From NCBI GenBank assembly GCA_027592325.1, contig JAQCKO010000005.1:202-64201 (forward strand): a stretch of 64,000 bases of DNA. The letters run 5' to 3'. The DNA comes from a bacterium (GTDB lineage: Bacteria; Patescibacteriota; Patescibacteriia; UBA9934). Shown here piece after piece: positions 9,326 through 19,119 of this stretch (the first letter of the stretch is position 1; each line of letters opens with the position of its first letter). Below the pieces are notes generated by a model that saw only the letters and a list, made by a program, of their open reading frames with translations, was not told where the DNA came from and did not search any database. Made by a program: the position numbers and the translations under genes.

Positions 9326-9772
9326 TTATTCTACTGGCTCACCAATGAAGACAAAATCTTCGCGCACCACTTCTTCTCCTACAACTCCTGCTCGATCATC
9401 GCTATAATCAAGGACTCCATCACCGTTATCAACGCGGATTAGTGCGGCATAGCTACTCCCAAGCTCCATACGCTCATCAAGATTAATGACAAGATTTTCG
9501 TGCACACCAGGTTCAAGATAGATCGATGCGCCAATTGGCTCAGACGGAGCAATGCTGAGCATGTTATGAATACTCACAAATCCTCCCGCAGAAAGGCTCA
9601 CCGAAGCGATTGCGGTATAACCATCCCCTGCTTGATCAGCAAGAGTGAGAGAGGCAGATTCAAGCATGTTTATGCGTGGTTCTTCCGGACCTGGACCAGA
9701 AAAAAACATCAAGACACCAATAACAATAATGGTAATGAGAGAAAGAATAATAAGGCCGATATCGTGTTTCAT
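9326..9772 (-). CDS. membrane-anchored hypothetical protein
   Basis: N-terminal TM followed by a beta-rich acidic domain; start at MKHDIG. Confidence 0.75.
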   Translation of the reverse strand: MKHDIGLIILSLITIIVIGVLMFFSGPGPEEPRINMLESASLTLADQAGDGYTAIASVSLSAGGFVSIHNMLSIAPSEPIGASIYLEPGVHENLVINLDERMELGSSYAALIRVDNGDGVLDYSDDRAGVVGEEVVREDFVFIGEPVE

Positions 9773-9828
9773 ACATTGGAAATATAGCAAATACTTGCGT
9801 TTCTGCACATACTTCATCAACATTATTT

Positions 9829-10116
9829 GACGCCGCAACATAACCTCGCTAGGATTTACGTGTCCCGCAATCCCGCGGGTCATTACCAAGGAGTGCCCAT
9901 GAACGGACTCACCTTGTCCAATGCGCCACCCGGCTGGCGCGAGTCCGGAAACATCCACTCCACCCGTTGCCCTGCCAATAACTACGGTTAGTTTTGAGAG
10001 TGCCATCATCGCAACACCCGGCTCGCGTCATGCGCTTGAGCAACATCTAGAGGGTGCCTTCTAAGTAGAAGCGCACCTCGGCGCCCTGACCATAGGTTAG
10101 GGCGTTTTCTTTTTTT
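9829..10116 (+). ncRNA. candidate large structured non-coding RNA with intrinsic terminator
   Basis: GC-rich ~360-bp intergenic region with many helices, 5'/3' closing stem, and a terminator hairpin at 10081-10105 followed by a T tract. Confidence 0.55.
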
Positions 10117-10134
10117 GACGTAGTAATGAATACC

Positions 10135-10917
10135 CTAAATCTGAACCTCGGGTTGTGGCGTGAGAATCTCGGGACCTTTTTCGGTAATCGCTATCGTTAC
10201 CTCAAAATGCGCTGCATGCTTTCCATCGACAGTCACAATTGTCCAGCCGTCATCGGCTTCCTGTACTTTATGCGTTCCAAGCGTAATCATTGGCTCGATG
10301 GCAATACACATACCGACCGCTAACGTACTGTCGCCAAAACGTTTTGCCCGATAATTGGGAATATTTGGGGGTTCATGCACAGCGTGGCCAACGCCGTGAC
10401 CAACAAGCGCCTTGACAATCCCGTACGTTTTTTGATCGATCGCATCTTCAACAGCGCCCGAGATATCGCTGACCATTTTCCCAGCAATCGCGGCATCCAC
10501 GCCCGCATACATGCTCGCACGCGTATCCCGCATGAGCTTCAGATGCTCTTCACGTACATTCCCAACCGGCACGGTTACCGCCATATCGGTACACAGGTCT
10601 TTATACCAACAGCCAATATCAAGACCAACAATATCGCCTTCCTCTAAGGCAATATCACGTGTTCCAACACCGTGCACAACTTCATGATTACGCGAAATAC
10701 AGACCGTGGAAGGAAATGGAATCTGACCGCCACCCTTATAACCAAGAAATGAGGGCTTCCCGCCGCCCTCTTCAATCACGTTTTTTGCAATTGCATCGAG
10801 CTCATGCATTTTTACGCCAGGCTTCACTAAATCAATTGCCGCCTGTAATGCGCGCGAAAGAAGTGCACCGCCTTCACGCATGTACTGAATGTCTTGTGCT
10901 GTTTTGATATTCGCCAT
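10135..10917 (-). CDS. map: methionine aminopeptidase type I
   Basis: NHEVVHG, DIG...TDMA, GHGVGHAVHE, IEPM, HFEVTI. Confidence 0.96.
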   Translation of the reverse strand: MANIKTAQDIQYMREGGALLSRALQAAIDLVKPGVKMHELDAIAKNVIEEGGGKPSFLGYKGGGQIPFPSTVCISRNHEVVHGVGTRDIALEEGDIVGLDIGCWYKDLCTDMAVTVPVGNVREEHLKLMRDTRASMYAGVDAAIAGKMVSDISGAVEDAIDQKTYGIVKALVGHGVGHAVHEPPNIPNYRAKRFGDSTLAVGMCIAIEPMITLGTHKVQEADDGWTIVTVDGKHAAHFEVTIAITEKGPEILTPQPEVQI

Positions 10918-10979
10918 AAGCATTTGTAGAACCGTTAAGAATAATCGTATGTCGTGGAAAAAGAGAATGAGACAGTGAA

Positions 10980-11531
10980 CTATAGGTCAAGGGCAGCGGC
11001 GATGCGCGCCTGTACCTCTTCAACGGTCCCAAGACCATCAATTTCATGGACAATGCCAAGGTGTTTATATGCTTCAATGACAGGAGCCGTTTTTTCTTCG
11101 CTCCATTGCAATCGTTTCTCGAGCATTTCTGGCGTATCATCACTGCGACCTTCTTTTTCTGCTCGCAACATAATCCGCTTCACAGACTCTTCTTTTGCTG
11201 CGGTGATAACAAGTACATGTGAGGGACTCAGAAATGTTCTCGATGCTTCATACTGTTCAATGAAACGAGGATATCCATCAATAATAAAGCCATGCTTTGC
11301 ATCATCTTTGGCAAGTCGTTGCTTCAGAATATTAGACGTTATTTCGTCAGAAACAAGATTACCCGCATCTTGAATTGCGAGAATCTCTTTTCCAATATCA
11401 CTTCCGGTCGCACCTTCATCACGTAAGAGTTGCCCCATGGAAAGCGCGGGAATACCAAGCTTTTCTGCAATCATATTTGCTTGAGTGCCTTTTCCACTCC
11501 CTTGAGGGCCTAAAATCACAATTTGTTTCAT
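10980..11531 (-). CDS. adk: adenylate kinase (short, LID-less)
   Basis: GPQGSGKGTQA, DGYPR, GRSDD; position after secY. Confidence 0.93.
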   Translation of the reverse strand: MKQIVILGPQGSGKGTQANMIAEKLGIPALSMGQLLRDEGATGSDIGKEILAIQDAGNLVSDEITSNILKQRLAKDDAKHGFIIDGYPRFIEQYEASRTFLSPSHVLVITAAKEESVKRIMLRAEKEGRSDDTPEMLEKRLQWSEEKTAPVIEAYKHLGIVHEIDGLGTVEEVQARIAAALDL

Positions 11532-11629
11532 AATCAATATTCAGCCGCACTATAACAAATTGACGGCTTTCCGCAACCAAAAACAGCCCGTATGGGACTG
11601 TTTTTGCCATGACTTGTTAAACGCCTCAT

Positions 11630-11699
11630 GGCTGCCTTAGATAGTGGTGACGATCGGGGATCGGAGATTGGAGCCGCTAGATGAGGTAGGCTGAGGTGT
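11630..11699. repeat. internally deleted member of the ~110-nt element family, abutting the secY stop
   Basis: GCTGCCTTAGAT...GAGCCGCTAGATGAGGTAGGCT. Confidence 0.65.
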
Positions 11700-12944
11700 T
11701 TAAGACTTATCGTATTCGCGCATGGTGACTTGCGCTTCCACCTGCTTCACGATATCAATCACAACTGCCACAATAATGAGAATAGATGCTCCACCGACAA
11801 GAAGACTTTGACTTCCTGTCACTTCCTGCACAACAAGTGGCAATACGGCAATCGCTCCAAGAAAACCTGCTCCAACGAGCAAAATACGATTCTTCACCCA
11901 CTCAAGGTAGGTTGCTGTTTGTGTTCCTGGTCGAATTCCTGGAATGAATCCTCCTTGTTTTTGCAAATTCTCCGCAATTTGTTCCGGCTTGAAGATGACA
12001 CCCGCATAGAAGAAGGTGAATCCGAACACTAATGCAAAGTAAAGGATGGCATAGAAGGCACTGTTCCCAAAGAGTTCAATGACCCATCGCGCCGTATTTT
12101 GAAGGAATTCTGAACGTGCATCTAAGAAGTATTGTGCAATAAGTGGAGGGAAAATCATCACAGAAATCGAGAAGATAATAGGGATCATTCCACCCATGCT
12201 CACGCGTACAGGAAGCACCGAGCTTGACTGCATGCCTGCACCACCACGCGCATACTTGATGGCAATATTGCGCTGCCCTTCATTAACAATCACAACCGAA
12301 ACAATCGTGACGATGGTGAGGGCAATGAAGAGAATGATGTCAAAAAGATCATTTCGTGTGTACGTCGCAAGTGTTTGCTGCACGAAGGTTGGAAATCCTG
12401 CAATAATACCCGCCAGAATGAGAATCGAGATTCCATTTCCGACTCCACGCTCGGTAATCAACTCACCAATCCACATAAGGAACATTGTTCCAGCGGTCAT
12501 TGCGATGAGTGCGGCGACTATTTCAAGCCCTACAAGATCAATACTGACGCCACCTTGTGTGATGAGCGTAAGCACACCGTATCCTTGAACCAGAGCGAGC
12601 GGTACTACCGCGAAGCGCGTCCAGCGATTCAATTTCTGACGACCCTGTTCTTCTTTCTGCATTTCTTCTACGCTTGGGAAAATCATTCCAAGCAGCTGAA
12701 CAATGATTGACGCCGTAATATACGGAGCAACACCGAGCGCCACAACGGAAAGATTCGCTAGCGTTCCGCCAGAGAACACATTCAATAGCCCTAGGAATTG
12801 ATTACCAGCGAGAAGACCTGTGAGGTCCGTCTGGTCAATTCCAGGAATGGTGATATGTGCCGCGAGGCGGAAAATGGTGAGGGCTCCTAGAATAGCTAAA
12901 AGGCTATTACGAAGTTCGGTCATTTTCCAAATTCTCGCTAACAT
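11700..12944 (-). CDS. secY: preprotein translocase SecY
   Basis: ALGVAPYITASII, GVGNGISI, GGFIPGIRPG. Confidence 0.98.
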   Translation of the reverse strand: MLARIWKMTELRNSLLAILGALTIFRLAAHITIPGIDQTDLTGLLAGNQFLGLLNVFSGGTLANLSVVALGVAPYITASIIVQLLGMIFPSVEEMQKEEQGRQKLNRWTRFAVVPLALVQGYGVLTLITQGGVSIDLVGLEIVAALIAMTAGTMFLMWIGELITERGVGNGISILILAGIIAGFPTFVQQTLATYTRNDLFDIILFIALTIVTIVSVVIVNEGQRNIAIKYARGGAGMQSSSVLPVRVSMGGMIPIIFSISVMIFPPLIAQYFLDARSEFLQNTARWVIELFGNSAFYAILYFALVFGFTFFYAGVIFKPEQIAENLQKQGGFIPGIRPGTQTATYLEWVKNRILLVGAGFLGAIAVLPLVVQEVTGSQSLLVGGASILIIVAVVIDIVKQVEAQVTMREYDKS

Positions 12945-12946
12945 AT

Positions 12947-13384
12947 CTATGCGTTAATCGTTCCGCCCGCAGCAGTGATTTTTTCTGAAGCTGCCTTAGA
13001 AACTTTGCATCCGCTCACTTTGAGAGAAACAGTCACTTCTCCATCTGAGAGGATTTTTACACCATTTTTCTTCGTCGCGATAAGATTTTTCGCTTTAAGC
13101 GTATCCGGGGATACCAATTCCCCCTTCAGAAACACAGCTGCTAAATCACCCACATTTACGGTTGCAGGTTTATTATACGGGGAATTGAATCCGCGGAGCT
13201 TTGGTGTTGCAAGCATAAGCTTACGCATTCCAAGCCGCTGAAATCCGCTTGCACCTGATCGTGATTTTTGTCCCTTCATTCCGCGTCCTGATGTCTTTCC
13301 AAGGGTTGATCCGATTCCGCGTCCAAGGCGTTTTTTTGTCTTTTTTGAGCCGCTTTTTGGGCTCAGATTATGTAATGACAACAT
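12947..13384 (-). CDS. rplO: 50S ribosomal protein L15
   Basis: RLGRGIGS..GKTSGRGMKGQKSR. Confidence 0.97.
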   Translation of the reverse strand: MLSLHNLSPKSGSKKTKKRLGRGIGSTLGKTSGRGMKGQKSRSGASGFQRLGMRKLMLATPKLRGFNSPYNKPATVNVGDLAAVFLKGELVSPDTLKAKNLIATKKNGVKILSDGEVTVSLKVSGCKVSKAASEKITAAGGTINA

Positions 13385-13390
13385 AGGGCG

Positions 13391-14041
13391 TTATTCTGCT
13401 TTTTTGTCAGATGATTTTTGTCCCTTCTTCGCCTTTAGTAAAGGCGCTTCAGATGCCTGTACAGCCTTCGCTGGAGTTTTTACCTGCTTAGGCTTGCTCA
13501 CATTGTTCGTAACATTACGTAGGCCAGATAGTGCATGCATCATTGCCTTCGCATTGTTGATTTTGCTTTTTGAACCAAGAATTTTTGATACAACATTCGG
13601 TACACCAGCAAATTCAAGGACCATACGAGCAGGTCCCCCTGATTTAAGCCCAGTTCCTTTTGGAGCTGGCTTAAGCATCACCTGCGCCGCACCAAATTTC
13701 ATGTCAATTCTGTGCGGGATTGTTTCATTAACAATAGGCACGGTGATAAGATTTTTCTTAGCCTGTCGGAATGCTTTTTCTACTGCTGCCGCTACATCGG
13801 TTCCTTTTGCAACACCCATTCCAACACGTCCTTTTTTATCGCCAATGATAAGACACGTACGAAAACTCATCCGTTTTCCTCCTTTCGTAACACGCGTTAC
13901 ACGAGCAAGTTCCAAAATCTTTTGCTCGAACTCACGCGGTTCACGTTTTTCACGACGACCATTTCCCTTTCGGCGACGTACACGACGCTCACTTGCGCCC
14001 GTGAAGCTTTTATTATCTTGTGTTTTTGTTTCTTCCGGCAT
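13391..14041 (-). CDS. rpsE: 30S ribosomal protein S5
   Basis: RVTRVTKGGKR; basic N- and C-terminal extensions. Confidence 0.97.
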   Translation of the reverse strand: MPEETKTQDNKSFTGASERRVRRRKGNGRREKREPREFEQKILELARVTRVTKGGKRMSFRTCLIIGDKKGRVGMGVAKGTDVAAAVEKAFRQAKKNLITVPIVNETIPHRIDMKFGAAQVMLKPAPKGTGLKSGGPARMVLEFAGVPNVVSKILGSKSKINNAKAMMHALSGLRNVTNNVSKPKQVKTPAKAVQASEAPLLKAKKGQKSSDKKAE

Positions 14042-14043
14042 AT

Positions 14044-14406
14044 TTAGAATTGAATTCCTTCACTTCGCACACCTTCCGCAAGCGCTTTCACACGTCCGTG
14101 ATAAAGGAATGATCCGCGATCGTAAATGGCAGTCGTTATACCCGCCGCCTTTAATTTCGCGCCAAGTTCTTTTCCAACAAGCTCGGCAATCTCTAGAGGA
14201 GTTTTTCCCTCTACCGCAATTGTTTTGTCGAAGGCGCTCGCAAGCGTGACACCTGCAGCGTCATCGATTGCCTGCACAGATATATGCTTCTTTGTGCGCG
14301 CAACGCTAAGACGAGGACGATCAGCCGTTCCTTGAATGCGTGAACGCGTCCGCCCAGCACGTCGGAGCTTTTGCGCACGTTTTTTGATGAGTGCTTTTTT
14401 ATCCAT
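14044..14406 (-). CDS. rplR: 50S ribosomal protein L18
   Basis: RPRLSV, DRGSFLYHGRVKALAE. Confidence 0.97.
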   Translation of the reverse strand: MDKKALIKKRAQKLRRAGRTRSRIQGTADRPRLSVARTKKHISVQAIDDAAGVTLASAFDKTIAVEGKTPLEIAELVGKELGAKLKAAGITTAIYDRGSFLYHGRVKALAEGVRSEGIQF

Positions 14407-14411
14407 AGAGA

Positions 14412-14957
14412 TTATTCACCTTTGGCAGCCTTACCAGCCTTACGCCGAATGACTTCATGGTCATATTTGAAGCCTTTTCCTTTGTATGGCTCTGGTTTCT
14501 TGAGTGATCGAATTTCTGCAGCGGTTTGCCCGATAAGCTGTTTATCAATGCTCGTCAGTGTGAGCTTCATCCCTTCAACCACTGCATCGACTGATGCAGG
14601 AAGTTCGTAACGAACCTCGTGCGAAAATCCTAGACTCATAACAAGGGTCTTTCCTTGAAGAGCCATTTTGAATCCAACACCGTTAAGCTCAAGAACCTTG
14701 GTCCATCCTTTCGTCACACCAGTCACCATATTTTGTATGAGTGCCCGATATGTTCCCCAAATTGCTGAGCTTCCTGTTTCGTGACGCGCAACATTCAAAA
14801 CTTTTTTCCCCTCTTCTGTTTCGGTTATTTCAACCTTGATCTCTGCTGGAATGGTGAGCGTCAACTCTCCTTTGCTTCCTTTTACCGTAAGCATATCAGC
14901 GTTTAACGCTGCTTCTGCTCCTTCAAAGAATACGGGTTTATTTCCAATGCGTGACAT
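14412..14957 (-). CDS. rplF: 50S ribosomal protein L6
   Basis: MSRIGNKP, PEPYKGKG. Confidence 0.97.
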   Translation of the reverse strand: MSRIGNKPVFFEGAEAALNADMLTVKGSKGELTLTIPAEIKVEITETEEGKKVLNVARHETGSSAIWGTYRALIQNMVTGVTKGWTKVLELNGVGFKMALQGKTLVMSLGFSHEVRYELPASVDAVVEGMKLTLTSIDKQLIGQTAAEIRSLKKPEPYKGKGFKYDHEVIRRKAGKAAKGE

Positions 14958-14958
14958 A

Positions 14959-15351
14959 TTAGAAGAGTTCACAAATTAGCTCGCCACCGAGTCGACGCTT
15001 TTTTGCTTCTGTTCCTGTCATCATACCGTTTGGTGTCGACAGAATAGAAAGCCCAAAACCGTTTTGTACCGATTTAATTTCTGTTGCTTTCACATAAACG
15101 CGTCGCCCTGGCTTACTTACACGTTTCACGCTTGAGAATGCCGGAGTGCGTCCATCGTACTTGAGGTGCATGCGAATGACTGGTCGTTTCTGAACTTCTA
15201 CTGTTTCTACGCGTTCAACGTATCCTTCCTTTTCAAGAATTTTGCTGATCGCAAATTTAACTTTCGAGAGAGGTACGTCAACGGTTTCCTTGCGTACAGC
15301 AGTAGCGTTTCGGAGACGTGTCAGCATGTCTGAGATTGGGTCTGTAGTCAT
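14959..15351 (-). CDS. rpsH: 30S ribosomal protein S8
   Basis: DPISDMLTRLRNA, SKPGRRVY. Confidence 0.97.
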   Translation of the reverse strand: MTTDPISDMLTRLRNATAVRKETVDVPLSKVKFAISKILEKEGYVERVETVEVQKRPVIRMHLKYDGRTPAFSSVKRVSKPGRRVYVKATEIKSVQNGFGLSILSTPNGMMTGTEAKKRRLGGELICELF

Positions 15352-15355
15352 ATGC

Positions 15356-15541
15356 TTACCAGCTTGCTTTCTTAACACCTGGGATTTCTCCCTTATTTGC
15401 GAGTTCACGGAAGCAGATACGGCAAAGTCCGAAATCTCGCATAAAGTAACGGTTTCGCCCACAATGCCAACACCGATTCACCTTCCGGCTCATATACTTT
15501 GGCGTCTTGTGTGACTTCGCGATTTGATTCTTTGTCGCCAT
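15356..15541 (-). CDS. rpsN: 30S ribosomal protein S14 (zinc-binding type Z)
   Basis: RCWHCGR...CRICFRELA. Confidence 0.97.
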   Translation of the reverse strand: MATKNQIAKSHKTPKYMSRKVNRCWHCGRNRYFMRDFGLCRICFRELANKGEIPGVKKASW

Positions 15542-15543
15542 AT

Positions 15544-16086
15544 TTATTTATCTGACTTCTTAAATGGGAACCCCAGCGCTTCAAAGAGTGCCATACCTTC
15601 TTCCTTTGTTTCAGCGGACGTTTTGACCGTCACCTGAAGTCCGTGAATTTGATCTACGGCATCTGGACTGACTTCAGGAAATGCAAGATGTTCCTTAAAT
15701 CCGAAGTTGAAGTTTCCTGAACGATCAACAGTTGAGCGTTCAATACCGCGGAAGTCACGAATACGTGGAAATGTGACATTCACGAGCTTGTCGAGGAAGT
15801 CCCACATACGCTCGCCGCGGAGCGTAACCATTGCACCAACAACTTGTCCTTCACGGATTTTGAAGCCCGCTTCTGACTTACGAGCTTTGGTAATCACAGG
15901 CTTTTGACCAGAGATGAGCTCTAGTGTATCTGTAAGAATTTCGATGAATTTAGAATCTTTCTTCGCTGAAAGACGGGTATTCACCGTTACCTTTTCGATT
16001 TTTGGTACAGCATGCACATTCTTCACTCCAAGTGAATCCTGGAGTGCCTTTGCCGCTGTATCTTTGTAGAGGGTTTTAAGTGACAT
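15544..16086 (-). CDS. rplE: 50S ribosomal protein L5
   Basis: [20 protein letters not shown]. Confidence 0.97.
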   Translation of the reverse strand: MSLKTLYKDTAAKALQDSLGVKNVHAVPKIEKVTVNTRLSAKKDSKFIEILTDTLELISGQKPVITKARKSEAGFKIREGQVVGAMVTLRGERMWDFLDKLVNVTFPRIRDFRGIERSTVDRSGNFNFGFKEHLAFPEVSPDAVDQIHGLQVTVKTSAETKEEGMALFEALGFPFKKSDK

Positions 16087-16093
16087 ACCTTTC

Positions 16094-16411
16094 TTAGTTC
16101 AAATCTTCTACACCTGTTTTTGTACGAAGAACGCGCACTTTCACTTGTTTTTCATCTTTTTCAATGAATTTGTATCCAATACGTCCTTCGCTATCGGTTC
16201 CGATAACGCGTACGTTTGATACGTGAAGTGGTGCATCGAATTCTACACGTTGCCCTTTTTCTCCTCCGCGAGCCTTCAGATGCTTAACTGCTTTATTTAC
16301 TCCTTCTACAACTACAGTATTCGCATCTTTAAGAACCTGGACAACTTTTCCAGTTTTCCCTTTCTCTTTTCCGGCGATCACGCGTACATTGTCGTTTACC
16401 TTTATCTTCAT
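16094..16411 (-). CDS. rplX: 50S ribosomal protein L24
   Basis: VIAGKEKGKTGKV KOW motif. Confidence 0.96.
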   Translation of the reverse strand: MKIKVNDNVRVIAGKEKGKTGKVVQVLKDANTVVVEGVNKAVKHLKARGGEKGQRVEFDAPLHVSNVRVIGTDSEGRIGYKFIEKDEKQVKVRVLRTKTGVEDLN

Positions 16412-16419
16412 ACACGTCA

Positions 16420-16791
16420 TTAAAGCACCTCAGGAGCGAGTGAAACGATTTTTGAAAATCCAGCTGCACGAAGTTCACGCGCAACAGGTCCAAAAATACG
16501 TGTCCCCTTTGGCTCATTATTTTTACGATCGATGATTACCGCCGCATTTTCGTCAAAACGAATATACGATCCATCTGCGCGACGAGTTTCTTTGCGGGTT
16601 CGAACAATAACCGCATGCACAACGTCACTCTTTTTTACTGCATTATGTGGAGCTGCTTCTTTTACAACTGCCGTTACAATATCTCCAATACCTGCATTAC
16701 GCTTTTGATACCCACCAAGCACGCGAATAACCTTGAGTCGCTTTGCGCCGGTATTATCGGCTGACATGAGAACTGATTCATTCTGTACCAT
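16420..16791 (-). CDS. rplN: 50S ribosomal protein L14
   Basis: [20 protein letters not shown]. Confidence 0.98.
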   Translation of the reverse strand: MVQNESVLMSADNTGAKRLKVIRVLGGYQKRNAGIGDIVTAVVKEAAPHNAVKKSDVVHAVIVRTRKETRRADGSYIRFDENAAVIIDRKNNEPKGTRIFGPVARELRAAGFSKIVSLAPEVL

Positions 16792-16799
16792 ATCCTAGG

Positions 16800-17057
16800 T
16801 TAGGCAATCTTACTTACAACGCGCCAAGTTTTAGACTTTGCGAGCGGTCGTGTTTCTTCAATGATAACCTTATCACCAGCCTTGTACGCATTCTCTTCAT
16901 CATGCGCCTTGTATTTTTTGCTGAGCGAAAACCGCTTAAGATACTTTGGGTGCTGGTGCGCGCGATCAACACGAACAACGACGGTTTTATCCATCTTGTC
17001 AGACACCACCACGCCATTTAGGCGTCGGCGTTTTAATTGTGTTTTTGTTTCTGACAT
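16800..17057 (-). CDS. rpsQ: 30S ribosomal protein S17
   Basis: [14 protein letters not shown]. Confidence 0.97.
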   Translation of the reverse strand: MSETKTQLKRRRLNGVVVSDKMDKTVVVRVDRAHQHPKYLKRFSLSKKYKAHDEENAYKAGDKVIIEETRPLAKSKTWRVVSKIA

Positions 17058-17058
17058 A

Positions 17059-17259
17059 TTATTCGGTTTGAGCATTATTAAGCTCGGTAATGCGCGTCTT
17101 TATGCGTGCGATTTCTTTTCGAATTACTCCAAAAAGATGATTTTGCTTTAGCTGACCAATTGAATCCTTCGTTCGAAGGTTATAGAGCTCTGCTCGTTTC
17201 TCCTCGATCATCCCTTCAAGCTCTTCGATGGTTTTCTTTTCAAGATCTTTATATTCCAT
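17059..17259 (-). CDS. rpmC: 50S ribosomal protein L29
   Basis: RKEIARIKT; synteny. Confidence 0.95.
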   Translation of the reverse strand: MEYKDLEKKTIEELEGMIEEKRAELYNLRTKDSIGQLKQNHLFGVIRKEIARIKTRITELNNAQTE

Positions 17260-17261
17260 AC

Positions 17262-17672
17262 TTAGCGTGAGATGAATTTTGTTTTCACGGGTAGCTTATG
17301 CATCGCGAGACGAAATGCTTCACGCGCCTGATCTTCCGTTACTCCGTCAATTTCGAACAGGATTGATCCAGCACGTACCGGCGACATGTAATAGTCAACG
17401 TTTCCTTTACCTTTACCCATCGGGGCTTCGGCTCCATGGCTTGTGACTGGTTTATGTGGAAAAACGCGAACCCATATTTTTCCTCCACGCTTTACAGAAC
17501 GCGTCATCGCTCGACGAGCGGCTTCAATTTGGCGAGCCGTCACCCAGCTTTCTGTCATTGCTTTCATTCCATACGACCCAAATGCAAGGTCTGTTTTACG
17601 TGTTGCAACGCGATCACCTTTCGTACGGCGCTTATGCTGTTTGCGCCACTTCAGCTTTTTTGGCATCAACAT
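17262..17672 (-). CDS. rplP: 50S ribosomal protein L16
   Basis: RQIEAARRA, MGKGKG. Confidence 0.98.
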   Translation of the reverse strand: MLMPKKLKWRKQHKRRTKGDRVATRKTDLAFGSYGMKAMTESWVTARQIEAARRAMTRSVKRGGKIWVRVFPHKPVTSHGAEAPMGKGKGNVDYYMSPVRAGSILFEIDGVTEDQAREAFRLAMHKLPVKTKFISR

Positions 17673-17678
17673 ATACGC

Positions 17679-18383
17679 TTAATTACTATTTCGATTATTT
17701 CGGCGCTGTGGGCGCTTACGCACTTCACGCTCTACCGGTTCATCACCGAATACTTCTCCCTTGTAAATCCACACCTTAATTCCAATCGCTCCATAGATTG
17801 TACGCGCTGTAACGCGAGAAAAATCAACATCAGCGCGCAGATTGTGAAGCGGAATACTCCCCTCAGAAGTTGTTTCTGAGCGAGCAATTTCTGCTCCGTT
17901 TAGTCGGCCAGCGATCATAACCTTTACTCCTTTTGCCCCCGACTTCATGACACGCTCTGCAGCCATTTTCATCGAGCGACGAAACGGCATACGCTTTTCA
18001 ATCTCCTGAGCGATTTGAAGCCCAGTGATGCGTGCAGAAAGATTTGGTCGCGCTACTTCTTGAATATTAAGATGTACTTGAACTTTTTTCCCACGGTAAA
18101 ACTGCGATTTAATTTTCTTCTTCAAGTCTTCAATTCCCGCTCCTTGACGTCCAATGATATACCCAGGCTTTGCTGAGAAAATTGAAACGCGGACATCGTT
18201 TGAATTACGGTCAATCGATACATGATCAACACTGGCGTGGTGAAGCTCCTTTAGGAGGAATTCTCGGATCAAAACATCTTCCCGTAAAAACGGAATAAGA
18301 TTTTTCTTTCGAGCAAACCACTTAGAGTCCCAGCGGTAAATCGTTGAAAGACGGAAGAGCTTTGGATGAATCTTTTGTCCCAT
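17679..18383 (-). CDS. rpsC: 30S ribosomal protein S3
   Basis: MGQKIHP, GRLNGAEIARSE. Confidence 0.98.
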   Translation of the reverse strand: MGQKIHPKLFRLSTIYRWDSKWFARKKNLIPFLREDVLIREFLLKELHHASVDHVSIDRNSNDVRVSIFSAKPGYIIGRQGAGIEDLKKKIKSQFYRGKKVQVHLNIQEVARPNLSARITGLQIAQEIEKRMPFRRSMKMAAERVMKSGAKGVKVMIAGRLNGAEIARSETTSEGSIPLHNLRADVDFSRVTARTIYGAIGIKVWIYKGEVFGDEPVEREVRKRPQRRNNRNSN

Positions 18384-18384
18384 A

Positions 18385-18846
18385 TTACTTGCTTTCAGCT
18401 TTTTTTGTTGTCTTCTTTGCAACCTTTTTCTCTACAGCCTGCTCTTCTTTCTTTGCTACCACAGACTTCTTTGGCAGTTTCACCTCTTTCTTAGAAGATT
18501 GAGATGCTGTTTCTGCACGCTCCCCAACCACAATGGTGATATGAGATGAACGTTTACGAAGTGTAGATGCACGTCCAAATGCTCGAGGCATATAACGCTT
18601 AAGTGTTGGTCCTTCATCAACAAACGCTTCTGTAATGATGAATTCCTGCGTGTTGAGTCCAAAGTTATTTTCTGCATTCGCGACCGCAGAATTCAGTGCT
18701 TTGAGCACAGGCTGTGCTGCGCGCTTCTGCGAAAACATCAATTGATGCTGCGCTTGTTTTACAGGGAGACCACGCACCAAATCAACCACAAGTCGAACCT
18801 TGCGAGGAGCGATACGGATATATTTTGCTTTTGCCTTTACCTGCAT
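18385..18846 (-). CDS. rplV: 50S ribosomal protein L22 with Lys-rich C-terminal tail
   Basis: APRKVRLVVDLVRG, PRAFGRA. Confidence 0.97.
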   Translation of the reverse strand: MQVKAKAKYIRIAPRKVRLVVDLVRGLPVKQAQHQLMFSQKRAAQPVLKALNSAVANAENNFGLNTQEFIITEAFVDEGPTLKRYMPRAFGRASTLRKRSSHITIVVGERAETASQSSKKEVKLPKKSVVAKKEEQAVEKKVAKKTTKKAESK

Positions 18847-18849
18847 ATC

Positions 18850-19116
18850 CTATGATTTATCCTTTCCGGAATGTTTGACAAACTTTCGTGTTTTTGCGAA
18901 TTCACCCAGCTTGTGGCCAACCATATTTTCCACTACACGAACTTGAATAAATTCACGCCCATTGTGAACACCAAAGGTGAATCCAACCATTTCTGGTGTA
19001 ATGTCTGAGCTGCGAGCCCATGTTTTAATCACGGACTTGTCGCCAGCAGAAAGTTTTGAAACTTTCTTGGCAAGCTTCGCGTCTACGTAAGGTCCTTTTT
19101 TGAGACTTCGTGACAT
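18850..19116 (-). CDS. rpsS: 30S ribosomal protein S19
   Basis: [18 protein letters not shown]. Confidence 0.98.
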   Translation of the reverse strand: MSRSLKKGPYVDAKLAKKVSKLSAGDKSVIKTWARSSDITPEMVGFTFGVHNGREFIQVRVVENMVGHKLGEFAKTRKFVKHSGKDKS

Positions 19117-19119
19117 ACC

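Noticed and set aside
9773-10009. N-terminal extension of ORF 9326..10009
   Set aside because: Non-protein-like sequence antisense to the structured region; the TM-bearing start at 9772 fits better
9829-10116. Identification as RNase P RNA, tmRNA or SRP RNA
   Set aside because: Lacks GAGGAAAGUC, the GGGG..TTCGA/TCCACCA tRNA-like ends, and the SRP GGAA-loop helix; only a P4-like pairing is present
13404-14249. 281-aa plus-strand ORF and similar long antisense ORFs (e.g. 39659-40711, 35528-36268, 47953-48573)
   Set aside because: Shadows of conserved minus-strand genes
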